A stretch of 63,645 nucleotides of DNA, the filler included, from Olpidium bornovanus S191 (Eukaryota > Fungi > Olpidiomycota), in the NCBI GenBank assembly GCA_017911155.1. It is 29 parts of 29 records of this genome, joined end to end, with 100 filler letters (N's around TTAATTAATTAA, not from the genome) between each part and the next. Parts side by side here need not be neighbours in the genome. Positions count along the whole stretch, not along the records: positions 31,660 to 39,664 come from JAEFCI010000934.1; positions 39,765 to 40,842 come from JAEFCI010008994.1; positions 40,943 to 42,982 come from JAEFCI010001586.1; positions 43,083 to 45,908 come from JAEFCI010004327.1; positions 46,009 to 47,547 come from JAEFCI010007805.1; positions 47,648 to 48,772 come from JAEFCI010003161.1; positions 48,873 to 51,083 come from JAEFCI010013346.1; 22 more parts are not named here. One strand, given 5' to 3'. This document shows positions 36,401 through 50,672 of the stretch, piece by piece. Every line of letters begins with the position of its first letter. Position 1 is the stretch's first letter. The notes under the pieces were generated by a model. It made no database searches, was not told where the DNA came from, and worked only from the letters and a program-made list of their open reading frames with translations. The translations under genes were made by a program, and so were the position numbers.

Positions 36401-37279
36401 TTAGCAAACCACGGTTCTGTGTTCTGCTCTCACCTTATTGTTTTGTGTTGAGTGGTGATCCCCTTTTGCGGAGGGAACCTTCCCTGATCCCTGTTCACGT
36501 TCAGGGTTTTTCGTCAGCGGAATTTTTTTTTTGCCCGATACAGAAACCGGGCGAAGGGCGATTTTGCCAAAAAAAAAAAAAAAAAAATTCAAGTGGCGAG
36601 CTCACTGCTACTACCTCCTCCCCCCCTTTCATTTCCCGTGGTTGACCCTTTCCCCCCTTCCTCCCATCCTTTTCCCTCATAAAAAAAAAACTCTCAGCAC
36701 GACGAAAAGTGGAAACTAGAGCTTTCCGAGCTGTTCGACGTACCGAAAGGAAAAAATATCAAAAGTTAGACATAAAAATCAGCGGATGCGTTCTGTCGCC
36801 CGGGAAGCCGATTCTTCCCGCCGAAGATCCGAAAATTCTTTTTTTCCTCTAGAAAGAGAAGGCCCTGTACAAGGCATCGGAAACGCCCGCGGGGCTAGCT
36901 GCTCGCGAAGGCCGAAAAGGGGGGGGTCGGTGGTCACGTGATCAGGTTGATACGCCTCCCGCCCGCCCAAAAGACCTTAAAGGGTGGCGGCAAAAGTCGA
37001 TGGCAAAGGGTAACTAAGAGATGGCTGACAGTGACGGGTGGCGGTGGCGAGTGGTGGCCCCTCTTTGCAATTTTTTTTAGGTGTCACACCTTTTTGCAAT
37101 TATTTTCGCATGTGTCCTCCAAAACGAAAATTCCCTCCAAAAAAAACCACCCACGAAGGAGAGGGTGGGAAAAAACCCGGGAGCTTGACCCTAACGTGAC
37201 GGGAAAGGTGCCGGATTTGGGTTGTTAGCCAGGCGCGCTTCCAGACGCCTCCAGTAACAGTGCTGCTGGTTTGGTTGGC

Positions 37280-37790
37280 TACATGGACCATTGCCTGGGT
37301 AACTCGAACGCATGTGAGTCCCGCTGGATCAACACAGTTTCAAGAGGAACTGCTGGGAAAGGCCGGCCGACAGTGATTTGACGCGCAAAGAATTCACCGG
37401 CGGCCGCTTGCCGACGCCTCGGCTGCCCACGTGGGTCAACCTTTGCCGGCGACAGGGTGTACCGCAGTACCGCACTCCAGGAGAACCCCTGGCTTTGTAT
37501 ATTGTTAGCCCAAGACTTCGAAGATCCAAAAGGCTAAACAGGGACCTGCCCAAAGGCAGGCGACCCCCGCTTTGACCAAGCCCGATAGAAGTTGTCAGCG
37601 GTAATCTGGTTGTTCCTGGTTATTCCTGCTGAGCTTTGTTCGTCACGCGGTGCTGACGTCGACACTGTCCGTGGGCGGTGAGCGACGCGGTGAAAAAAGC
37701 TCAAGGTCACCGTCGACCGCTACATTTGAAGAAGTTCACTTCTGTGCCAACTGGCTGAAATCAGCTTTGGCCAGAATTGGAGCCGGCGGC
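37280..37790 (-). CDS. Possible 3' exons of a hypothetical protein
   Basis: Candidate GT-AG exons TAPPAPILAKADFSQLAQK, GITRNNQITADNFYRAWSKRGSPAFGQ and GFSWSAVLRYTL...FELPRQWSM*, with a GCTAAC branch site. Confidence 0.3.
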
Positions 37791-37828
37791 GCCGTCTACA
37801 GCGACATTGCGCATACACAACGTTTGCG

Positions 37829-37860
<32 letters not shown>

Positions 37861-38030
37861 TTACGGTCTAATGGAACCACAGCCAGACATAAATGGATCC
37901 AAAACGCAGGTCCCAAGGTTTGGACTTGGCATCGAAGCGCGAAACATAAAGCACAAAGATAATCCGGCACGGACCTTGCGGTTTGTCAAAGCACTCCAGG
38001 TTTCGGGTAACCTCGCCGCCGCCGCGTGTC

Positions 38031-38198
38031 CTACCTTCCCAACGCACAGCTCGACGGCATGCACATCAAATGCTATCCGGGGACTCGTGTCATCCACGCG
38101 GAGGGAAAATCACTCTACCTTCTCAACCCGCAGCTCGACGGCAAACACATCAAATACTATCATGCGGCTCGTGGCATCCACGCGGAAGAAGAAACATT
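38031..38198. repeat. Diverged 84-bp tandem duplication
   Basis: Units start at 38031 and 38115, both CTACCTTC...CAGCTCGACGGC...CACATCAAAT...CATCCACGCGGA. Confidence 0.9.
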
Positions 38199-38431
38199 CG
38201 CGCGTGGGCAAAACGACAATATTAAAAAAAAAAAAAGGAAAGGGGGGTTTTTTTTTTTTTTTTCCCGAAACGGGGGCCCACCCAAAAAAAAAAAAAAAAA
38301 AAAAAAAAATACTATTTTGCCGTTTTAACCGCCGGAGAGAAGAGGGATGGAAGGAGGTGACAGGGAGGTTGGGTCTTTTCGTGATCTGACGAAAGCAGAA
38401 CGACAGGAAAAAAGGGTGAGTGGGCGGGGGG

Positions 38432-38480
<49 letters not shown>

Positions 38481-38537
38481 TGATCCGGCAGAGCGGAGCA
38501 CGGGAAGTCGGATCGACGTGTCGACACGCAGACGTAC

Positions 38538-39434
38538 TATTTGTAAAGGTTCAGCGACCCGTTGCCGCCTCCGGTGACGAAAACGTCCCTGTTCTGGGGA
38601 AGATGCCGCACGGTCCAGACAGTGGTCCCGTCGTGGGCTTTCTGAGTCAGGTGGGCGAAGCCATTCTTCGGGTGGCGCGTTCGCAGGTCGTGCACGGTGA
38701 AAGAGGCTTCGAGGGTCGTGCAAACGAGCTTGTTCATCTGGATGTCCTTCCGGTCGAACTGGACACCGCAGACCTGCGCGCGCGGCGGTTCCCAAAGAAC
38801 GGTCCGGGAAAAGTTCCCCCGGGGCCGCCCTCAGAATCTCTTCGTCACGGGAGGCCCGGAAAACGTTTTGCCCCGTTTCTCCTGGGGCAGAAACTCACGC
38901 CGTTCCGGAGGTTGGTCTCCCACGCGAGTTTCATGGCGCGCAGGTCGAACATCTTCACGTCGCCGTTGTCGTAACCGGCGACGACGCAGCGCTCCTCGTC
39001 GTCGTACGAGTTGCCGAACGCGACGCACCACGCGTCGCGAGGTTGCTGGCCCTGGCCCGGCGAGATGTCCGCGACGGGCCGGTCCCGCTGCCGCACGTCC
39101 CACACCTTGATCGCTCCTGTGCGGAGGAAGAAAGGAGGAAAAAGGGGGGGGGGGGGGGGGGGGGAGGGGGGGGGGGGGGGTGGAGGGAACGGGCGGGAAG
39201 GGAAAGGAAAGACCGACGACGCCGCGGGAACGCTCAGAGGGCGGACGTGCCGAAGCGGGCCCTTTTGGGGCAGCGGAAACGCGCCGACGTCCGCGCCACG
39301 CACCGTCGCGGCCGCCCGTCGCGATCTCCGGCGGCCCGTGCGGAGCCCCGATCCCGCCGCAGCCGTCCACGCAGTTCACGATGTCCGAATGAGCCTTCAC
39401 GGTGAAAACGGGGGCGCCGAGCCGCTCGAGGTCC
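38538..39434 (-). CDS. WDR92: WD repeat protein 92 / dynein axonemal assembly factor 10 (internal fragment)
   Basis: [15 protein letters not shown]...[96 protein letters not shown]. Confidence 0.95.
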
Positions 39435-39436
39435 CT

Positions 39437-39477
<41 letters not shown>

Positions 39478-39822
39478 GCGGGCGGGGCGGGCGGGGCGGG
39501 CGGAGACGGAAGAGGAGCGGGGGGGTTGTCACGAGAAGAGGCATCCATCCCTTCTTGGCCTCCTCCCCCTGCCCGCCCTCACCTGCAAAAGGAAAAAAAC
39601 GATGCAATCTCCCACTCGGCGGGCCCCCCTCCCCCCCCCCCCCCCCCCCCCCTGCCTCCCCTCCNNNNNNNNNNNNNNNNNNNNNNNNNNNNNNNNNNNN
39701 NNNNNNNNTTAATTAATTAANNNNNNNNNNNNNNNNNNNNNNNNNNNNNNNNNNNNNNNNNNNNCCAGTCCACCTGTCGTGCGGGCGCGCCGCTGACCGC
39801 TTTTTTCCCGCGACCTCTCAAG

Positions 39823-40275
39823 CCTCCCAAAACGCACTGTTCATATTTCAATCCAAGATGTCGTTCCTCACGCGCCTCGCCATGCACCCGGACGGCGCCG
39901 CCAAACTTTTGGACAGCCGCCTCGTGGAAACCCTGCAGGGGTGCGGCATAATAACCGAGCGGCACCAGCCGGACGCGAACGGTAAAACGGAGAGGCCGCC
40001 GCAGCCGTTTTTCCTTCCATGTCTAACCCCGCGGTAGGCCCGGGGCTCTGCTGACCGAAAAGCAAACCCCTCCGTTCAACCGCCGCGCCGCCACCTACCC
40101 AGGTTTCGACGGGTCGATGATGCAGGACCGGTACCAGGAGATTATCTCGCCCGCCGTCCAGCTGTGCGAGTGCATCGTGGCCGTCCTGGGCAAAGACGTC
40201 TCGCGCCATTCGTTGCAGGGCGTGAACGCCCTCCTCAATCTGCTCAAAACCGACACGTCCCTCGAAGCGCGCTGA
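39823..40275 (+). CDS. NUP192: Nucleoporin Nup192/Nup205, C-terminal exons
   Basis: FQSKMSFLTRLAMHPDGAAKLLDSRLVETL and DRYQEIISPAVQLCECIVAVLG resemble the Nup205 C-terminal region. Confidence 0.68.
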
Positions 40276-40942
40276 AGCGCCCCGAGGGACGCGAAAAGCA
40301 GCAAAAGAAAAAAAAAAATTGCGCACAAAAAAAAAAAAAAAAAAGAAAAAAAAAACTTAGACAGCGGACGGGCGGCATCCTTTTATAAATGCCATTCACG
40401 TACGGAACTCTGGACGTTCGCGCGGGGAGCAGAAGTTTCGGAGTGTGCACGCGTACTGCTGATGGCGGGACGCCGTAGTGCTCTCCGAGCCGGGCCTCTG
40501 GGGCACTCAATTGCGCGATGGGGAATTCCGGGGGACGCTGCCAAATGAACGCGAGGTGGGGAGGGCAGGATGCAGGCGAAATGCCCCCTTCCCCCCCCAA
40601 AAAAAAAAAAACTTATCTTACAAAGACAGAGTAGCTTGGGTGGGGAAAGAAAAGCGGTTTCAGCGTTGACCTTCTATCGCTCGTACATCTTTTTGATGAG
40701 CCTGTCTACAGCGCGCACTGCCCATGCACGCACCCACCAGCGAAAGGGGCACATATGTTGCTGCCGATTCTCGGCCTATCCAGATACTTTGACAAAATTT
40801 CCCTTACTATCCCCCCCCACGTCCTTCCGCCAAAAGTCACAANNNNNNNNNNNNNNNNNNNNNNNNNNNNNNNNNNNNNNNNNNNNTTAATTAATTAANN
40901 NNNNNNNNNNNNNNNNNNNNNNNNNNNNNNNNNNNNNNNNNN

Positions 40943-41589
40943 CGACGGAAGCAATAACGGCGACGGCAGCAGCGAGAATCGGCAGCCAAATTGCGGTGGA
41001 TCCAAGCGTTTTCATATCCGGGCTTGTGATCCCGCTGGCCATTGCCGCGGCGTGCGCGGCATGCCCCTGCCTGCTGTTCCGAGTAAGGGACCGGAAACGC
41101 CGACAGTTCACGTCGGAGCGGCAGATGAAGCGGCGGCGGCAGAGCAGAAGCCAGGCTGACCTCGGCGGGAGGCTGCCACCGACGAAGCGGAGCACGTCCT
41201 TCACCAGCTCGGCGGCGGGGTCGTTTGCCGTAGGCGGCCGGATCGGCGGCGGGCCGGGGCATCCCAGAATCACGCGTTCCGCCAGCATGAAGGAAAATGC
41301 GGGGGGCGCCGACGATGAGGACGCACCGCTGGCCGCCGCCTTGGCCGCCGGGTCCACGTACCGTCCGGCGTCCCGGGAGTTTGTCGTGCCTAAGCTCGTC
41401 CGTGCTGCGTACGACTTTTCCAGCTCCAACTCGGACGAGATGAACTTCGCGACCGGCGACTGCATACTACTCCATGAAGTTTACTCGGACGGATGGGGGC
41501 GCGGTATTTTGGCAACGCCTGCTGGCGAGCCGTTGTCCGAGAGCCCGGAGCTCATGGCTCTGCCGCTGAATTACGTCAGACTTGTTTGA
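40943..41589 (+). CDS. Single-pass membrane protein with C-terminal SH3 domain (5' partial)
   Basis: TM segment VFISGLVIPLAIAAACAACPCLLF followed by RVRDRKRR; SH3 VRAAYDFSSSNSDEMNFATGDCILLHEVYSDGWGRG...LPLNYV*. Confidence 0.85.
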
Positions 41590-42916
41590 CAATTTATAGA
41601 CGATACCCCCTCCCCACCCTCTTCCCCTCTTCCTCCCCCTTTCCCCCCCCATTTTTTACACAGAGTATGGCTTACTCTAATCCATCGAACGTGGAAATTC
41701 TCGAAGCAGTCTTTGCTTTTTTGCCCTATATAATCCCACTCAAGCGAATTCTCGCTCGTATGTTTACTAACCTGAGCATAGTTGGCGCTGCATTATTTTT
41801 TTGTCAATCCCCACATACTGTTACCTGTACAAATCGTTCGCAATGCAGAACGCGGGGCGCCGGCAAAACACCGCGGGCAGCGGCTTTGATGCGGGACTGG
41901 GGGAAAAACAGGCACGCGCCGATTGAATTCGCGTCCTAGCCGGCCCGGTGAAGAACCCAGTTTTAATTCCGACCCGAGAGAAAGCTTGTGCGCCGTGGCC
42001 TCCCCCCACCCCCCCCCTCTCGCTTTTTTGTGTTGTTTTGTCTCTCGCAGATTTCTAAAGCGCTTTCCTACCGCGTGGCCGCCGTACTCTTTGCCTGGGG
42101 TCGCTTTCCCTCGCCAAACCGGCAAAAGGAAGGTTTATGCCCATATCCGATCCTTCGCCCCCTCCCCCGTCCTTGCACATTTTTTTTCATGGCCACGGCT
42201 GTTCGTTTCACGGAATCTCTCATCGTCAACACTGAAAAGAAGACGGAATTTGCCACATTGACGGATGCGTTCCCGTATGCGGGGGCTTTTAGGAGCAACT
42301 TCCGAAGAATAACACCGTTTGCGAAGCATTTTTCATGCAAGAAATGCTCCGGGAGAACCCATTTGAGACAGCTCCAGACATAAAACACAATTTAGAATGC
42401 AGCTCTGCAGACCTGTCCAGAAAGATTCTCGCTAAATGCTTTGCCGGACCAAAAAACAGCCTGTTGTCGACCAGTCTAAACAACCAATGAGAATCTTGGA
42501 CGCCTCCAGTGGTCCAAGTTCCCATTATTTAAGATAACTCTCTCTTGACAGCTCGGCCTCCCTCGCCCACACTCACCGTCGCTGCCCGTGGAGTGGAGAG
42601 TCGTGACGGACTGCGCCGGATGGTTCGTCCTATAACGTGTTTAGCATATAGCTGCTCCGTGTGGGCCACGCGACCCACACCTACTCTAGTGATATAATCC
42701 ACACGTTGCGGACGGCCGCCGGGGAAATCCTCTTTGTAGACATAGGAGGGCAGCAGCGGTGGGTGGCCAGCCGGGGGCGCTGCTAGGGCGCTCGTCGATG
42801 CGCACGCTGCTTTAGACTTGCATCGTCGACGATTCCACCGACTGATGTGTCGGCACCTCCTTGTCTCGCCCTCGTCGCTTCGCCATTCGGCCCTACGCCC
42901 CGACGCCAAGCTTCCT

Positions 42917-42962
<46 letters not shown>

Positions 42963-43162
42963 TTCCCCCCCCCCCCCCCCCCNNNNNNNNNNNNNNNNNN
43001 NNNNNNNNNNNNNNNNNNNNNNNNNNTTAATTAATTAANNNNNNNNNNNNNNNNNNNNNNNNNNNNNNNNNNNNNNNNNNNNAAGAAAAGGAAGAACTTG
43101 AGCTGGCGAATTTGAAAAGAGGACCGAATATTTTTGTCAAGCAGAAGTTTCCTTTCAAAGAG

Positions 43163-43202
<40 letters not shown>

Positions 43203-44314
43203 AAAAAAAGCGAGGGGAACAAAGTGGGCCCCTGGCGTCTACTTGGATTAGGGAACCTCAGCTCACGTGTGCTTCAGCCGGGCCCGCACGCTGTGTGGAG
43301 CGCCATGCAGACTGCCATCTATTCCACCAGACAGCCGGCGTCCTTGTTACGGAGCAAAGTTAGGTCCCCGAAGACCACAACCTAATGCCTTTTTTTGGCG
43401 TTCCGTTTACCACCTCAAGAATCGCACTGGCTTGGGCTCAGAGTTTGGTTGTCTGCCAAAAGGGCGGGGTTTACCTTTTGCCTAACCCCATCTACGTTCA
43501 TCTCAATTTTCTGCTTATCCCCATGGCGAGATACTCCCTCCCCACACCATGCGTACATTAAAACTTTTTTTTACCAGATGTGTCGCTGGCCACGGTGGGC
43601 AGAGAGATAAGAATGTTAACAATGATTCTCTCGGTCTACGAGAAGGGCCCCGGGGAATCACGCCGACGAGTTTTCTTTTTTTTTTTTTGGCTTGCTGGAT
43701 TAATGCTTCGGAAAGACCACAATGTCCGCTCATGGGCCGTTTGCAGGTAGAGTTTGCCTTTGCCTGGCACTCCAGGTTCATCTCCGCTCTGGTCTTTTTC
43801 CGGCTCATCCCGCAGCTGGAACCTAGATCGGTTGCAGAAGAGAGGCCCTCGATCCCTTTGGGCGTGCCAGTCTGGCGTTCGTCGCGCATACCCTCGCCCC
43901 CGCAGAAATTTCCAACTGATCGTTCACCCGGGGCCGTTACGTCTCGCTTCTCGTGCTCGCGCGGGCTAGGCTGCGTGGCGAGTTCTGCGCAGGTTTGGCG
44001 CGCGGCAGGGTGCAGGGCTGGGGGGTTCTCACGTCCGCCGGCAAAACGAGACGTTCGGTCTGACGCGGTGGGCAACAGGGCGCAACCGTCGGTCACTACC
44101 CTTTTGTGCCTTCAAGTGGCCTGCCAACCCGAGGCTGGCGGAAGAGGCGTCGTTCCCGTCGCCCGGTAAAAGGGGCCTTTTACGCGCGACGTGCGGTTGC
44201 GCCTACCCGCCGCACGCGCCGTGGCGTGTCGCTAGATCAACGTCGGGTCGGCAGCAGCGGAGGTTCCGGTTTCTCAAAAACGTCGCCGCAAGCTGCCGTA
44301 TGTGAAAGGCGCCA

Positions 44315-45908
44315 ATGAGCGAAGGGCGCCGGTTAACGCCCGGGTCGTCCGAAACCCCGGGAACCGCGAGCCCCAGAAGCGTGTCCTCCGCAATCAGGAG
44401 CGTCACTTCCTCGCTGGCGTCGTTGCTGAGGAAGACGCCCGACGTCCGCGCCGTCACTCCGCCGCCCTTCGAGGAGGACCCCTGCTCGGAGTGCCCGTGA
44501 GTGTCGCGCGCGTCGCTCCCGCGCCGGTTTTCGCCGGAGCGCGCTCAAACGCGGGACGCCACCCGCGCAGGTTACGAATCGCGGTCGTCTGGCCCGGGTT
44601 CTCTGCGCTCTCCGATTCGTTTCTGCCCCAACCATCCGCACCGCCGTGTTTGCAGTCACCACTCCGGTGTTTAGGCCGCGCGCTGGCTCATAATAGTCGC
44701 TAACCCTTCGTGAGCCGCCAAGCGCCGGCTGTATCCGCGCCCTCGTTCGCCGAAGCCCTGACGCCAGGAAACACCGCGTTTTCCCAAATGTCACCGTTTT
44801 TTTCCCAGGAGCGTCTGCGACCATCCTCGGATTCCGTCATACCTACTAAAGAAGATTGATTACGATACACCGCTGGAGGGCACAACCCAACCGTATCACA
44901 GACATGTGGTGAGTTTTCAACCCGTCTCCTTCGGAATCCAAACCGATCCTGTCATACAGGGGCCCAGACCTACAATCGGTTTTGTTGTACTTGCAGCTGG
45001 TGTCAACCGGTCGGACGGACTGGCCGGTAAAGGCTGAGTCTGAGGAAGGTAGCCTGGTGTGGGCCCTTGCGAGGGTCGCGGGCCAAATGAAAGAGAGAAC
45101 GTACAAGTGGGCGGACGGGGGCAACGCCCCGAAGGAACTCAAAATGGTGGTGACGGCAATCTCCCGCCCGACGGAACCCGTCCGCGCCGAGGCCGGCGCC
45201 AATCCGGCCCTCGCGCCGCCCGACCACGAGCTCGCCGAGGACGTCGTCTTGCTTCCCGAAGGCTTGCTCGTCCCGCGCGTTGCCCCAACCGCCGTGGACT
45301 CGCTGGTTAACACATGGCTCGGCTCCGGACACGAGTACAATTCGGATTCGCTCGTCCGCGCCCTCGGCGCTAGAAGACTCCCGTACAGCTGGGTCGTTAT
45401 TGTCTGCGGCCACAAAAAGCGCGACAAGCGATGTGGCGTTGCCGGTCCATTAATCGGCGAAACTTTCGAGACAGTCCTCAGACGAAAAAACATGTTCCTC
45501 CCTGCGGACGCCTTGTCTATTGAGCCTGCGCCGGAAGTACGCTCCGCGGATATCGGCGCTTTGCCCCGAAGGGATGCGGCTGATCAACGAGCAAATCTTG
45601 ACGATGGGGAATCCCCGGAGGGTGCCGAGCGCGCAGAAGGCGCGAGTGCCCGCAATGGTGTTGGCGTGTTCCTGGCTAGTCACACAGGAGGCCACAAGGT
45701 CAGTGGGATGATTACAGGTTCTAGTTGCTACCTCTTACTTACGCAGTGCCGTTGCACTAGTTCGCCGGTAATGTCATCGTCTACCCAGGTGGGATTTGGT
45801 ATGGACGAGTGACACCGTGCCACGTCCCCGTTATCGTGGAACGTCACCTCGAGGGCGGAAAGGTGCCGAGAGAGATTTACCGGGGATGTTTGGCAGGTCC
45901 CGAGCATG
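44315..45908 (+). CDS. APD1: Apd1/Aim32 sucrase-ferredoxin-like [2Fe-2S] protein (3' partial)
   Basis: DPCSECP/SVCDHP, PLEGTTQPYHRHV/LVSTGRTDWP, VCGHKKRDKRCGVAGP, SHTGGHK/FAGNVIVYPGGIWYGRVTPCHV. Confidence 0.9.
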
Positions 45909-47647
45909 NNNNNNNNNNNNNNNNNNNNNNNNNNNNNNNNNNNNNNNNNNNNTTAATTAATTAANNNNNNNNNNNNNNNNNNNNNNNNNNNNNNNNNNNN
46001 NNNNNNNNCATGCGCTCCCTCTAGCGCGAGTAGACTACGTGGGATTAGACGGATAAAATTGGGGCAGCGTTCGGATTTTTCCACGTTGCACACACGAGAG
46101 CTTTCACGTGCACAATTTTTGCGATCTCTGGTGAAAGGCCGGGCGGCACGCTCGACACCAGCCTGCCAGTTAATGTAACCCCCCCCCCCCTCCCCTTTCC
46201 CACGCGCGCGCGCGCGCGCGCCCGTCTGGTTGGGACGCACCGTGCTGGTGTGTCCTTACCAATTGGGACACTTCCAATCCAAATTGTTCGCGCGATGCCC
46301 TAGTCTCCGTGCCGCGATACGTACTAAAATTGGTATGACATTGCTTTTGTCGACCAAAGGCAGCCGGTATGCAAAGTTTTGCGTAATTATGACAAAAGCC
46401 ACCTGCGAAGCACCAGCAATGTTGAAAGTGACACGAGCACTTTCTGTAAATGCGACAGGCAGCGAGTTGCTCCTCTTCCAGTTGGAAGGTGGGAGAGGGG
46501 GGGGGGGGTAAGAGTACAGCTCTGCTGTTTTCCACAGACACCGTCCGACCCTGGGATTCAGCGCCAGTGCGCTGTCAGAGAAACGCACAGATCAGAACGG
46601 TGCAGCGCGGACCGCTTCAACCGTACCGTTGAAGGGCACACTCGGGTGACATCTCACGCATCCCGCCTGCCAACAAAGCTTTGGCCAGACACCTAAAAGG
46701 CGGCCGGGAGAACGTTTTACAAATCATTCACCCCACCCTCCTGCCAGTCACGCCGCGCCCCTGTTGCAGTCCTCGATCCGGCTCACTCGTGTCTGGCCAG
46801 ACGTGGTCTGGTTTCCGCGCCCTTCGCAGCCGCACGTTTTCTCCCCACGTTTCTTGAAGGGGGCAATAATGGGGACCGCAAAGCTCGCTCCCCCACCGCC
46901 GAGAAAGCTGTGCTTGTCAGTTATTCGGACACCTCAAAAGGCGTATTCGACGCAGAAAATGTCCGTCGAACGCTGCGACGTAACCACCAACTGCTAGTTA
47001 ACCGTTTATTGATCGGCATAACAGTCCACCGCATCCCACCTTTCTAAATGGCCGCGCGTTTCAGTTGGAAAAATCACGGAGGTATTGACCCCGCAGAGTT
47101 TTGCAGCAAGCAAGCAACTGGGTCGCGATTTTCCGCTGTACAACGCACGCCTCGGGTACAGATGACGACCCGCAGGGGTCCCGAGTTGTGCGAAAGAAAT
47201 CATCGACCAGCGTGTAACGCCGGGCAATCACACACCTTCCAGGCGAAGCAGGTTGAGCCTATACCCGTGTCAGAGATTTTAACGGAACTGTGTCGGCCGA
47301 GACTCCGCGGTCCAAAATCAGCCGGAAGAAACGGCGCGCGCCGCAAGTCACTTCCGCAGGTTCGATCGATTTCTAACGATGATTTTACGACAGTTTTAAT
47401 GAAAAAAAAGGCTCAAAAGAGAGTGTGTGTGTGTGGGGGGGGGGGGGGGGGGGGTTGGGGGGGATGTTTTCGGTTTAAAAAAGGCCCCCGGGGTTTTGAG
47501 GCAGGGAAAATTCTTAAATGGCGCGGCCCGCCCGGTTGGGCAGAGAGNNNNNNNNNNNNNNNNNNNNNNNNNNNNNNNNNNNNNNNNNNNNTTAATTAAT
47601 TAANNNNNNNNNNNNNNNNNNNNNNNNNNNNNNNNNNNNNNNNNNNN

Positions 47648-48485
<838 letters not shown>

Positions 48486-48698
48486 CTGCCGGCAGACGGG
48501 GGGGGGGAGGGGGCCGGAGGGGTGAATCGGGCGGTAAGCACACGGCGGCGAGGAGCCACACGCAAGGGGAGAAAACCGAAATCTTGAAGACCGCCGGAGG
48601 CGCTTCGGCGCGGGCGGAGGGGCGCCAGACCGGCGCCGGACGCAAGCCCGCCGGTTCCGCCCCGGGATCGCACGTGGCTTTTTCTTTTTTTTGTGTTT

Positions 48699-48732
<34 letters not shown>

Positions 48733-49539
48733 TTCCTTTACCTCGAGGTCTTTCATGTACGCCGTCCTTTGCNNNNNNNNNNNNNNNNNNNNNNNNNNNN
48801 NNNNNNNNNNNNNNNNTTAATTAATTAANNNNNNNNNNNNNNNNNNNNNNNNNNNNNNNNNNNNNNNNNNNNCATGAGTTCCATCTATCTAACTGCATAG
48901 TGAACGGCGGACCCTTGAACGGCGAGTTCTTCGTCAGGCCTGCTGCAGGCAGCCGAGCAATTTGCCGGTGCACTATCCACAGACTGTTCTGTCTGGATGC
49001 GACGTTCGTCTTCTCTGTTCTTGGAAATGTGCGGCAATCGCTTCACCGCACTCAGCAATGTGCCCGACTTGGTCGTGTGTGAATAGCGTTGTTTCTGAAT
49101 CTGTAAAGACTGTGAGCGGGCGTCGTTGGACTGCTGCGCTCGTCTTAATAAAGTCCAATTCGGCAGGGGCAAATAATTTGATGGCGAGCACAGTCCCTTC
49201 ATTAGCTCGTCCGTCACACGTGGAGTTGAACGATTCAGGCATCCATCCGCGGGATCAGAGTTGGGGCCAGATACGGATATTCGCCCGGCTGGCATCGGTT
49301 TGACTTTCATATCAAGTTCCGAGCCTTATCACCAAGCGGGCTAAGCGGTCCCGTCCCGTCTGTCTTCGCAGCAGTACCTATAGTCAACCTTACCGCGCTG
49401 GAGACGCACGTGCTCTACGCGCCATTTTCGCGGTCAACGGCAGGTCAACTTAAACTGGACAAACCGATGGGCTCGTCTTGAGCACGGGGAAGTTTCCAAT
49501 TTTTGCTAAATATATACGTCGAAACTTTCTGGCGCCCGT

Positions 49540-50672
49540 TCACTTCACCTTCTTTACCGTCGGATCACTCTGCGGTTGGCGACGCCGCGCGTACGACCGC
49601 CAAACGTTCCGGACGACCACATATAGAGCGGAGAGGATTCCGATGGGCGGGAAGAAAAACTGTACGAAGGTCCAAGGCCAGTGGGGCTCGTGGCGGAAGA
49701 TGAACCGCTTGATCTGCAGCTCGGTTGCCTGAGGGGTGCCCGAGTTGTCTAGGACGTAGTCCGCCAGCCGCTTCTTCTCGTCCGCCGACAACTGCGCCGA
49801 AATGAGCTGCCGTGCTTGCTCCTCGCTGACGCCGTCCCGTTTTGTGAGGCGCTCGATTTGCGATTTCTCCGGGCTGGCGGAAGCCGCACAGTTGACCCCG
49901 TTTCCGACGTAAACCCGGTTATTCGTTGGCCCGAGACGACGCACTGGAGAGGTCAAGAGGCAACCCTGCACGAAAGCGAAGAACGGCCCAACTCTACAGT
50001 CACGCGAAAGGAGGGAGCGCGCGGGGGGGGCTGCGTACCACCACACTGAGACGGTTATTGAGCAGAACTTATCCAGTCCGCGCTCGAAGAGCAGTGGAGC
50101 GTCCAGGACCACGGCGCGCATGCCGGTGGCGTAATGGAAGAATATCTCCCACAACATTCGGAGGACGATCCACTTGTGCGTACAGTGGTTGAGCAGCTTC
50201 CTTTTCTCGCCGGTCGCGTCCGAGAACACGATCTCCCGCAGCTTTTTCCGGTCGAGCTCCTGCGCGGGGCCCGGCAAAAGCAGGGAGGATTCGTCGCCGT
50301 CACCGAACGCTTTCAATATGGCTCGATAGGCGGGCTTGCCCGGCTGCACGACCTTCTTGGCGATCTCGTCCGCGTCGACTACTGGTATCTGGTTCTCGGC
50401 AAAGACGGCCGAAACGGTGGACTTACCTTTTTTTTGTTTTGTTTTTTTTTAGACACGCGCGAAGTTAAGGTCTGGGGGGTCACCCATTCGAACGCGACTC
50501 GCACGAAAGCGGGGGCCGCTTTCGGGCGGAGGGAAGGGGGGCGGGAACCCGGGGCGACCCTGGACAGGGCAAGCGCGCGTCCAGGCCAAACCGTCCAGCT
50601 GCCCACAGGCAGCTTCCTCCTGCTGCGTGTCTTACCGCAGGCGACTCCGCCAGTCAGGCCAATCAGCTTCAT
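49540..50672 (-). CDS. CAB5: Dephospho-CoA kinase
   Basis: MKLIGLTGGVACG/KSTVS, VDADEIAKKVVQPG, LDRKKLREIVF, VVLDAPLLFE, QIERLTKRDG, ADYVLDNSG, hydrophobic C-terminal tail. Confidence 0.93.

Noticed and set aside
42180-42900. LPSYVYKEDF...VDYITR (minus strand) as the start of a WRN/EXD-type 3'-5' exonuclease
   Set aside because: I could not assemble a GFDxEW Exo I motif with consistent splicing.
46170-47227. Possible minus-strand exons (e.g. QNFAYRLPLVDKSNVIPILVRIAARRLG)
   Set aside because: No consistent gene model or recognisable family.
48900-49242. AEL...LTVFTDSETTL...RTSHPD (minus strand) as a retroelement RNase H relic
   Set aside because: Motif spacing fits neither copia nor LINE RNase H convincingly; it needs a profile search.
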